Part shown: positions 19,212 to 31,200 of the stretch, one piece after another
Layout of the letters: every line of letters begins with the position of its first letter
Position numbering within the stretch: the first letter of the stretch is position 1
Source of the DNA: Schmidtea nova
Taxonomy: Eukaryota
Assembly: GCA_044892505.1 (NCBI GenBank)
Contig: CM097882.1
Coordinates: 320,912,001 to 320,976,000, forward strand
Length of the DNA: 64,000 bases
Direction of reading: 5' to 3'
Made by a program: the position numbers and the translations under genes
The notes under the pieces: generated by a model
Told to the model about the DNA's origin: nothing
What the model saw: the letters and a program-made list of their open reading frames with translations, nothing else
The model's database searches: none

Positions 19212-22200
19212 ATGAAGTATCACAATGGTACGAAAATGCCCTTGAATTGTTACAAAAATCAAAGTCTTTCAATTGATAGCAAGACAATGTCAAATAGAAA
19301 TCCTAAATCGGAAGTAATTTATGATAGAAATCCAGTTGCTATTGGATTTGCAAATGACATAAACCTGTGTTATAGCGATAAGGATTTCAATTCGGATCCC
19401 GACATAATTGGATCAGGATTTTTCGCTAAAGTTTACATAGTAAATATACATATTATGACTTTGGGTTATTATTCATTGCTGATACCACATTCAGGTGTAC
19501 CATGTTGTGTTGAATTTGAAAATGGCTTTCAAAGTTCCTAAACCAACTCAGTCAATTAATAAATTTGTTAAAGAGATTAAACTATTAAAAAGCCTGAATC
19601 ATGACAATATATTGAAGTAATTAATGAACTTACTTTTGATATTTTTTTTGTTAATTAATTGTAAATTTGCTATTAAATAACAATGGTAATTTTTTCAAAC
19701 AAATAAAGAAAACCATCTTCTAAAATATCAAACAGCTCATCAATGCTTGTCATAAATAGAGGGATTACAATTCATCTCTGTATACGAATTCAAGAGCAGC
19801 TTGAATGAGTGTAATTTAATAAAAAAGACCAATCGATTAAGACAATGTTTTATTNNNNNNNNNNNNNNNNNNNNNNNNNNNNNNNNNNNNNNNNNNNNNN
19901 NNNNNNNNNNNNNNNNNNNNNNNNNNNNNNNNNNNNNNNNNNNNNNNNNNNNNNNNNNNNNNNNNNNNNNNNNNNNNNNNNNNNNNNNNNNNNNNTATAA
20001 CTAATTCATATTTTAACGCATTCCTCTTATTTTGTCTGAATTATAAACTTATCCTTGAATAAAATAAAATATTATTGGTTAATTTAATTGTAATTTTATG
20101 TTAATACGATTAAAATTTATTTCGACTTTGAAAATTGATTTAAAAATAAACATAGTTTGATATGAATCGACATGAACAAATATTATCCAGATCAATAATT
20201 CTTATTTCAACAGCCTTAATAATGTGTATTCAAGCTGATTTTATTGTAAAATGCTTGTTTTAATGACTTGTTTAACGTTTATTAGTGTTAAGGGAATTTT
20301 AAAGAATCATAGGATAAAATTTAAGATTTTAACAAACTTTCGTTCATAAATTTGACACCATTTCTGATATTAGATTAATCTTGGAGCTTATTTGAATATA
20401 ATTAGTGCCATGTAATTGCAATCATCTGAAAACCAAAGCAGTGGTTTTAATTTCCACTTATTGTCACTTGAGGCTATTACAAACTATAATTATATTTTCA
20501 TCGATTTAGTGACGCAATGATGACATGAGTTTTGTTTTGAGGCCTTATTACAAAATAACTTAGTTCGATCCCGGACGAGATGGAGATACAAATAAACTCA
20601 AAACTTATCTTTATATAAAAATCACATCAAATGTAACATTACACTTTATTTCATTGATTCATATCTATTTGGAAAATATTTATTTATGATTAATAAAGAT
20701 AGATCAGATTTGATTATTTTTTGGATACTATTCTTTATATTTTTATTTTTAATATATTTTGTTGATTGATTTTCTTTGAGATTTTTACTAAAATAAATTA
20801 TTGCAAACCCTAATTTTGTCAACTTCAAGTTTTTTGGTTAAAATATTTTCTTTTTCGAATCGACAAAAAATTGAATTTTCATTCCATCTTGTACGAAAAC
20901 CGTGAAATAGTTTAATAATAAAAAGTTGATATTTGCAGTGCGTGCTAAATTGCAGATATATGAAGCCTGTAATATGCTTTCCATATACCGACTCATAGAA
21001 TATTTTTAAATCGGCTCCGAATCATAATTTAAAAACAATAAAGATAGTATATGCATATGAAACAAAAAATAAATAGTAAGATAAAATTGGATAATTTCGG
21101 GAGATTTAACATTTATTCTTTTTATCCTTCTTTTTATCCTCTTAAACATTCTTTTTATCCTTCTTTTTATCCTCTTAAACATTTAATTGGAAAAAGCTTT
21201 TTTATAGAAAACATCGATAATGGGAAATTCTTTTATTTGTAGCCTAAGTCTGGAAAAATTTCGATTTTTCCGACTAAGAATTTTTGCATTCCTGTTAATT
21301 TGTATGATTTAATGTCGTGTAATGATTTTCTAAACGGTAAAGGTTATAACGTCACGTAATGCATATATAAATGTATTTTATCAAGGTATTTACTGAAGGG
21401 GCAATTAACAAAATAGAAAATTTGTTCCTGAAATTAACAAAATAGAAAACGTTTTAATTTATATGTTACAGTTAAAGCATAAATTGCAGTGAGTGTAAAC
21501 AATAACTAGTTGATGCATTATTTCACTTGTTGTTTTAGTGAAAGCACTGTACTCTTTTTACGAAATTACCTACGTACTTAGTGAAGTAAATTGAAATCAT
21601 ATTCTGTTTGCGGCAAAACAGTGTTTTCAGCTATTATTAAAATTAGTTATGCACGTGCTTCATATTCTCTAATTATAAAAGTCAACCAAACTAAAAGTTT
21701 TATAATAAAATTTTATATTGATGAAATTTGCATGCCCTTGATAATGAATCAGCGAGATACAAGTGTTAGGAAAAGAAAATATAGTGATGAATTTTTAAAG
21801 TATGGCTTTACTTTCATAGTTACAGCAGGAATTGAAAAATTATTATGATTCAATTATATTATTCGAAATTTGAATATTATTCAAAATTTGTAATAAAAAA
21901 ATATGGTGCATATAAAAGTATAAAATAAAATAAAATCAGATAATTAGAAGCCAAAACATAATTATCATAATATTTGGCTGCAAAAATGCTGTAACTGAAG
22001 TGCAACTCTATTGATTTTATTGTTTGGGTCGCCACAAATTGGCAAATGTTATCATGGGGTCACAGCACCAGAAAGGTTGGGAACCGCTGCTGTATCTAGT
22101 CAATGTACTCATTAACTAGTGAGTGTATACAACCACTAATTCGCATTAGTGATAGTATTAGTTGAATGATTCTAACCTCAAAATTTTAAAGACTTGTGCT

Positions 22201-25200
22201 GGTTGTGTCTACTGCAAATAGAAATCTTGCGAAATTTACGAAAAAGATTATGAAAAAAAACACTAATTTATTAATGATAGTTTCTCGGATAAAAATATCA
22301 TGAAAATCGTTTTTTACGAAAATATATATATTATTTTAGAAAACTACGAAACAACTAGGCTATAATTCTGTATTTTCTTTTAAATTAAAATAAAAACAAA
22401 TTAATTTTTTATTGCACATTGAATATTTATTTGGTTTTACAGATAGTTTAGGTACGTTGAAAAATCACTGAAATACTTTAACTATTTAATTATTTGAGAA
22501 AATTTGAGATCAAACTGAGATAATGATATATTTAATTCGAATCGGGAGATTATTTGAGAATTATTTGAGATAAATTTGAGATTTAATTGAGATAATGATT
22601 TGAGAAAAGGCTAAAACAAAGAGCAGATAAAAAAAATAAAAGTGTCCGGATTACCCATATTCACTATATATATATATATATATAATGGAAAATTTTAATT
22701 CATATTAATAAAAAATTTTAATTTTGTTAATATAAACCAAAAATTTTTTCTATTTTGTTAATTTCAAAATAAAATAAGTGCATTTATTTTTTTCTATTTT
22801 ATTAATATTCCCTTTACTGAATTTATTTTCCTCCATTTGCTATAATATTTTGCCGTAGATAATAAATTATTGTTTCCTAAATCTTCTAATACAGGGGTTC
22901 CCAACCTTTTCATAGTACCGTACCTGTACGTTGTAAACAATTTGATGGCGTACCGGTAAACATAATTTTTTTAATGGGGTATAAAATGCAATGGAGATTT
23001 GTAATAANNNNNNNNNNNNNNNNNNNNNNNNNNNNNNNNNNNNNNNNNNNNNNNNNNNNNNNNNNNNNNNNNNNNNNNNNNNNNNNNNNNNNNNNNNNNN
23101 NNNNNNNNNNNNNNNNNNNNNNNNNNNNNNNNNNNNNNNNNNNNNNNNNNNAATATAATTATGACTTAAAAAATAGTTAGTGAGAAGGTCGGGCCTGTTT
23201 ATTATTAACTAAAGAAGAAATATCGGTCTCAATGTTTGTCAGTTTAAGGCGAAGATACAATTCAATGTCCAACAAAGTACTATACTTGGTTTTCATCCCA
23301 GTCATTGCAGAAAATCCTGTTTCTCTTTGATATATACTCTTAATTATTCGTTTTTAAGAGTATAAAAAGGAAATAAAAAACGGCTTTATTATCCAAACTC
23401 AGACGCAATTCGAATAAGACTGAACGCGAACCCTTAGAATTGGCGTTTCCCCAGAGATCAATCGTCCCCACTCTTATGGGGTCGTAGATAATGCAGTCAT
23501 GTTTTTTTCGCAAAACAGATTTTTAATACATTTTTGTTTTATACATAGTAAAGTAATTCGCGTACTGGTAGCTGCTACGCGTACCCAAGGTTGGGAATCC
23601 CTGTTCTAATACATTTATTTCTTTGTTGTCATTAGTTTTTCCTTCAATAAATTTTAAGATTCAAACAAAATAAATCTGAATATTAGGATGAATATGCATT
23701 CAGATTGGTAAACCTAAAAATACTTATCCACTATGATTGTCCATGATTATGGATTGGACTATCAACATTATCATTAAACTATAGCTGAATGAAATACACA
23801 CTTAATAACGGCTGTGCCGAAATATCGTGTACCTAACAACTAAAAAAGATTACAAAAAATAATATGAAAATTATCGAATTTATAAAAGAAATCAAAGGTG
23901 AAACCAAAAGATAATTATAATATAGTTTAATTTCGTTAGTTCAATTATCTTTTTATTTCTTTTGGCCAGAACTCTTTATTATTAATATGTTAATGTGCTT
24001 ATTTTCAATCTTAGACGATGAAATAAAATGAATAGTTATTTTTTATTTCATCTATTATTAAACAATTTCATATGATCATCTATATTTATCGTTTGTTTTT
24101 ATGCTTAGATTTTATGGCGCTTGTCTTTACAATGGAGTTTTTGGTTACTTAACCGAGGTAAATCTTTTGTCAAATTAAATTCTTCTATTATTATTATTAC
24201 TAACTTTGGTACTTGTTTTTTAATCCATCCTAATTATTTTTTTGTTTTATTTACACCCGGTTTATTTATTTTTAAATATATAAATTATTAAAGGTCTTTT
24301 ACAAATGAATTTGTTGCAATTATCCGCTTTATGTCAGGACAAAATAGCTAGTGTACAATTTCTTCCACAACATGTAATTGTGCATAACATGCGTCGTTTT
24401 ACAAATAACCATATAATGACTTTATCATTGACAGATCGCCAGGAGCGATGTTGATGTCTCCAGGGTATATTTTGGCTAGATATACTTTTTCACAAGAGGC
24501 ATGATTAAGAGGATTGCAACTATCATACAGACAAATAGTGTTGTTCATTTATTGCTGGTTAAAAAAGTTGATCAGTATGCGTTTCTATGAAACTGAGCTT
24601 GAAATTTCCCAGTCATCTATCATATACTGAAATCACTACCTTCGAGAGATGTGTGCTAATACATCGGTCAACAATCCCATTGTTATTGATGGACCCAATA
24701 CAGCTGGTGAAATTGAAAAAATTCTATTTATTCGTCTCAGAAACCTTTTTGGTTGAGTATTACCGCAAAAGTGGGTTTTTGGGAGTATATGTCGACAAAC
24801 GGGTGAATGTTTTATGCTTACTGTCACAGACTGAACGGCAGCCACACTTCTTTCTATAATATCTATGCATAAATTGCCAGAAACTACTATTAAGCCCTAA
24901 AATGAAATCATTGGTGTTAGCGGTGGTGGATTCAATCATCATTATCTTAATTTGTTTATCTTAACACTGGAGCAAACATCCAACGAATTGAAAGTTCGTA
25001 AAAGGCAGTGAAAGAACTTAACAAACGTCATGATGGCACACACAGAGGCATGCTGAATTCTTATATATGTGAATAAATGTGGCGTACCTGTGCTGAAGTT
25101 TGACAATTATATGTGTTTGATTCGATCATCATTGACATTAATTTTTTCCGTCAACGGTATAAACGGTGATAATGTTTGAGCAAAAAATTAAATACAAGTC

Positions 25201-28200
25201 ATTTAAAGTTGTTTCTGCAGTTAACCCTCTGACCGAGTATCTCGCGATTTACGCGTGCAGCATCTACTGGTTTCATTATACGCATCCCGCGATTTGGACG
25301 TAATTGCATTTATTTGTGTTTTCTCACGTTGTTATTCCGCGATTTCCCCGTTCAAGCTGTGTTTCTGTGCTGATAATTTTATGCATCACGATAATTTTAC
25401 CATTTACAAACAAAAAACATACATTTTTAAAATCAAATTTGAAAAAAAACGCGGTCAGAGTAAATAAAACAAAAAAATAATTAGGGCGAGTACCCTACTC
25501 TATTATTATTATTATCTATNNNNNNNNNNNNNNNNNNNNNNNNNNNNNNNNNNNNNNNNNNNNNNNNNNNNNNNNNNNNNNNNNNNNNNNNNNNNNNNNN
25601 NNNNNNNNNNNNNNNNNNNNNNNNNNNNNNNNNNNNNNNNNNNNNNNNNNNNNNNNNNNNNNNNNNNNNNNNNNNNNNNNNNNNNNNNNNNNNNNNNNNN
25701 NNNNNNNNNNNNNNNNNNNNNNNNNNNNNNNNNNNNNNNNNNNNNNNNNNNNNNNNNNNNNNNNNNNNNNNGACTATAGATCAAAATTTTTTTATAAACA
25801 ATAACACAATATTTCGGCACAACCTTTATCAAATGTGTATTTCAATCTTTATATTAACTTAATCCTAAATAGTATCCTTAATTATTATTTTAATATTTTA
25901 TAATGATTTTATTGGATGAAAAAAATTTATTTTTATTTTTTTGTGCGAATTGAATGTTGATAAACGGTTTTTATTTTTTTATGTAAAAAGTCTCGGAAGT
26001 TAATCTTTGTAATGAATTTTTGAATCCCTCTTGTAGAATCTGGCATTTTATTTCTTCTATAGATGGAATTGTTTTATGTACTTTCTCCCAGTGTTCGTAA
26101 TAATTACTGGTTTTGTTTTTAGTGTGTTCATTAAGTCGGGTGCGAAAAGTTCTATGTGTTTCTCCTATGTAAGTAGCGTCACATTTTTGACAAGAAAAAT
26201 AACAGGAAAAAGAATAGCTTAAGCTTAGCATTTCAGCTTGCTATAAAAAGCTAAATGAATTGACTAGTTTTCCTTGTGCTCCTCTTACTTGTGAAGATAA
26301 TACTTGTTGCCAGAATTTATCCAAAAATCTCGATATTCGCAAGCATAAAAAATTAGAAACGCTACTTTCAACAAATTCAAACAACACTAAAGACTCTAAC
26401 TCACACTCAAATTCAATTCTTCCATTTACAAACAAATCTAATCACATTTTTTCCAAAACACAAGAAAATATCCTCGCTCTAGGACCATCTTTTGTTCCTC
26501 CACCTAACCAGAAAGATTTAGAAAAAGCCGAAGTCATCACTAACGCCTCTCTTATAAGCCTAAGAAGACAAATAGGTTACCATCTAAAACCAATTTCATC
26601 CACCAAATCTTCAAGTTTAGCTGAAAAGCACAATCATCTTCTGGATCCAAATCGTAGAACATATCCAAACATGCCTGTCTTTTCGACTGAACTTGAAGAA
26701 AAAATCAGCTTTTTAGTCAAAACTTTAGTCAAAGAACAAATTATCTTTCTTGAAAAATATTGCTCAACACAAAATTCTTTCACTTCAAACATAAAGAAAA
26801 TTAAGAATTCCAAAGACTTCACAATTCTTCCATCAGATAAAACCAATCGACTAATTGCCCTTGAAGAACATCTCTCGAACTATGAACCGATAAACAAAAT
26901 AATCTTACCTGCATCGACTCAGATTTTATACAATAAGAAACTGTCAACACTTGCAAATAAACAAATCAACCTTAAAAATCAAAGATTTACTTTTAAAATG
27001 CAACTGTAGTGAGCCCTTACCTAGTAATATGACTATGTTACCTAAAGACCACAAAATTCCTTTAAGAGGTAGACCTCTTGTATCCGCAGTTGACACTCCT
27101 TCCACAACACTTTCTAAAGTTCTTTCAGAAATCCTAAAAACACTTTTGTCTTTAGTTCCTTGTCATCTTAAAAACACAACTGAATTCGTCTCCGAAATTA
27201 CAAATACGTCTCTTCCATTAAACGCAGGACAACAGTACTTCTGGGGATCTCTTGATGTTTCCAATCTTTACGGATCTATTCCTCTTCACGGAGAGAATAA
27301 TATTTTAGATATCACAGCTTCTTTCTTTGAAACTCATAAAGCCAATACTGACCTCGCAGACTTAACTAAACAAGACTTTATGGAACTTCTAAAATTAGCA
27401 ATAAATTCAGATACTCTCATAATTAAAGAAAAACCATTCAAACAAATTCATGGATTAGCCATGGGTAATAACCTTTCTCCCATCTTAGCCATCTTCTACA
27501 TGAACTTTATAGAATCTAAGATCATATCTTTTTTGGGGACAAAATACTTTTCTGGAAACGATATATCGACGATATATCGACGACAAGAAACATTAGAAAA
27601 CTTCAAAATACGATTCCTCCAAAATGGATACCCTGAAGAATTTGTAAAGAAATACTTCCTTAACGAACCATAACACAATAAACGCAACAATAGGAAACGC
27701 CAGAAACACAATAACAATAACAAACACAAAACATATCTAAGATTACCTTTCCTAAATGACACTTCAGCCAACAAAATCACCAACATTTTTAATCAAACAG
27801 ATTTGCCTATCCACATCCATCCAACGTTCATAAACTCCGCACCGTTAAAATCACAACTCCGAAAGCCACCAATTTCCAACATCTCCAAACATAAATGTCT
27901 TTGCCGTTCCACAACCCGATGCTTTTGCTTTTCCAAAAATATAGTATATAAACTTTCTTGTCAAAAATGTGACGCTACTTACATAGGAGAAACACATAGA
28001 ACTTTTCACACCCAACTTAATGAACACACTAAAAACAAAACCAGTAATTATTACGAACACTGGGAGAAAGTACATAAAACAACTCCATCTATAGAAAAAA
28101 CAAAATGCCAGATTTTACAAGAGGGATTCAAAAATTCATTACAAAGATTAGCTTCCGAGACTTTTTACATAAAAAATACAAACCGTCCATCAACATTCAA

Positions 28201-31200
28201 TTCGCATAAAAAATTAAAATAATTTTTTTTCATCCAATAAAATCATTATAAAAAATTAAAATAATAATTAAGGTTACTATTTAGGATTAAGTTAATATAA
28301 CGATTGAAATACACACTTGATAAAGGCTGTGCCGAAATATTGTGTTATTGTTTATAAAAAAAATTTTGATCTATAGTCATCATTATGAGAATTATTGATA
28401 ATAATAATAAAAAAATATCAAAGGTGAAANNNNNNNNNNNNNNNNNNNNNNNNNNNNNNNNNNNNNNNNNNNNNNNNNNNNNNNNNNNNNNNNNNNNNNN
28501 NNNNNNNNNNNNNNNNNNNNNNNNNNNNNNNNNNNNNNNNNNNNNNNNNNNNNNNNNNNNNNNNNNNNNNNNNNNNNNNNNNNNNNNNNNNNNNNNNNNN
28601 NNNNNNNNNNNNNNNNNNNNNNNNNNNNNNNNNNNNNNNNNNNNNNNNNNNNNNNNNNNNNNNNNNNNNNNNNNNNNNNNNNNNNNNNNNNNNNNNNNNN
28701 NNNNNNNNNNNNNNNNNNNNNNNNTCCAAAGTGAATTCTAGATATTATTAGATTCTAATATTGATCTTTCAATAATTTTGTTACCAAATGTTTATGATAA
28801 TAAATACGCAAGTAAAAAGTAAAAGGTATTTTAGAATGTTTGGAATAATTAGGGCAAATTATTTTGGTATCTAATATTTTAAGATTTAAAATAAAATCAG
28901 TGTGTTATCTAGTAACATTCATGTTTTTCATGTTTTTCATTTTTGAATCAAATCTTTATTTATTTCTGTAACAGTTGAAGGCTTCAACAGCTTGTTGATC
29001 ATTTGGAAACTAGATTATGATATTAACACATTCAGCTGCAAGATGTCATAGTCTAATGGGCTGCAAACGCTGTCACTGTCCGCGAATGTATTGATAAATT
29101 TTGTTTCTAAATCATGGATATTAAATTGCCAAAAAAGTTTTAAGCTGCTGCATTGTCTTGATGAAAATTTTTTATCTTCCGTATAACAAGTCTTCACGAA
29201 TTTTTTCGACCAATTGATCCAACAGGCTTGTATTATATTCTGAGTAAATTATTTTACCTTTCTCCAAAGTAATCGATGAACAACATTTCTTAATCATCTC
29301 AAAAAACTGATGTCATAACCTTAGCTGCTGATGGAACCCCTTTCATCTTTTTAGTGCACTTGAACTCTAACCATTGTTCTGATTGTTCTTTTGTCGTTGG
29401 TGTGTAATAGTGGATTCAAGTTTCATCTATAGTTATAAATCGACGATTGAAAAAAAACAAAAATTTAAGAAATTTTAAGAAATTTTAGAATTAATTGATT
29501 TGCAATCAAACGATACAATGAAATAACTCTTTAAAAATGAAAACATAAACACATTTTATTCACTTTTGCCGGAACATACTTTCAGCAATATAAAAATTTT
29601 GCCAGGAAAATAATTTAAATGTTTGGATGCACATATACCTGCGAGCAAGCCTTTTCACGGATGAAATATATAAAATGACCTTTTGAAGAATTTTTTAAAA
29701 ATAAGCGTATCTAGTTTCAAAGCAAATATAAAGAATGTCAAGGAAAGATCAAACAATCAGGCACATTGTTCACGTTAATTTTATTTTTTTAAATAATAAT
29801 ATGTCTTAACTTTTTTGCGTAAATATTTTAAATAAACCATAATTTTTCAAAAATTATTTTATGTTTTTTTAATATAATATTATAGTAACATATAAAATAA
29901 TGAAAACTTTGATACGAATCACTGAACTCATGAAAAACTTTTGTGGCTCTCTTCTTAAAAAATTGGGGACCTCTGATATAAAACAATCATTTTAAATTTC
30001 CAAAAGAACCTCTACTAAACTTGCTTTTTTATTGTTGAAAATCAAATGAATATGATGTATCAACTTCTCGATCTTGTAAGTTNNNNNNNNNNNNNNNNNN
30101 NNNNNNNNNNNNNNNNNNNNNNNNNNNNNNNNNNNNNNNNNNNNNNNNNNNNNNNNNNNNNNNNNNNNNNNNNNNNNNNNNNNNNNNNNNNNNNNNNNNN
30201 NNNNNNNNNNNNNNNNNNNNNNNNNNNNNNNNNNNNNNNNNNNNNNNNNNNNNNNNNAAGATCATAAGTTGAATGACGTAGCGACAGATAGGAAACCTTT
30301 AATGGTGCAATAAACCACTAGACCTATTAATAGGATTATTAATCATTTAGTAGAAGCTTTGAGATAAAAATTCAAAAATTGTGTAAACTTTTTATTTGCT
30401 TTTTACTTTTTGAACTTAGAAATCTTTTTTTTGCACAAGTATTTAATATTCCTTAATTGATTTTATTTATTATGGTGAATAAGTCTTAAAAAAATTATTC
30501 ATAGAAGCATTGTCAGTTTAAAAAATATCTTTGCAAACTGGAATCAGAATAGTGCGATGTAATTCGATTCTAGTCGCGGGAAATGCTTAGAAAGATTTTG
30601 TTACTACTATGATATTTTGGTGTGCGGACGATTCATCCAAGGACGATTTATCCCTGGACGATTTATCGAGAGGACGATTCATCCAGGAGACGATTCATCC
30701 TCTGACGATTCATCCAGAGAATAAACNNNNNNNNNNNNNNNNNNNNNNNNNNNNNNNNNNNNNNNNNNNNNNNNNNNNNNNNNNNNNNNNNNNNNNNNNN
30801 NNNNNNNNNNNNNNNNNNNNNNNNNNNNNNNNNNNNNNNNNNNNNNNNNNNNNNNNNNNNNNNNNNNNNNNNNNNNNNNNNNNNNNNNNNNNNNNNNNNN
30901 NNNNNNNNNNNNNNNNNNNNNNNNNNNNNNNNNNNNNNNNNNNNNNNNNNNNNNNNNNNNNNNNNNNNNNNNNNNNNNNNNNNNNNNNNNNNNNNNNNNN
31001 NNNNNNNNNNNNNNNNNNNNNNNNNNNNNNNNNNNNNNNNNNNNNNNNNNNNNNNNNNNNNNNNNNNNNNNNNNNNNNNNNNNNNNNNNNNNNNNNNNNN
31101 NNNNNNNNNNNNNNNNNNNNNNNNNNNNNNNNNNNNNNNNNNNNNNNNNNNNNNNNNNNNNNNNNNNNNNNNNNNNNNNNNNNNNNNNNNNNNNNNNNNN

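Larger units (their letters stand above)
25792..28430 (+). mobile_element. Penelope-like retroelement (RT + GIY-YIG), frameshifted and internally deleted, with inverted 5' copy of its 3' end
   Basis: LPKDHK..RGRPLVS, SLDVSNLYGSIP, GLAMGNNLSP, WKRYIDD, NGYP and IVYKLSC..CDATYIGET. 25792-26190 is the reverse complement of ~27952-28379. Confidence 0.92.

Noticed and set aside
20560-20590. tRNA B-box-like GTTCGATCC
   Set aside because: No cloverleaf or A box; at most a SINE remnant.
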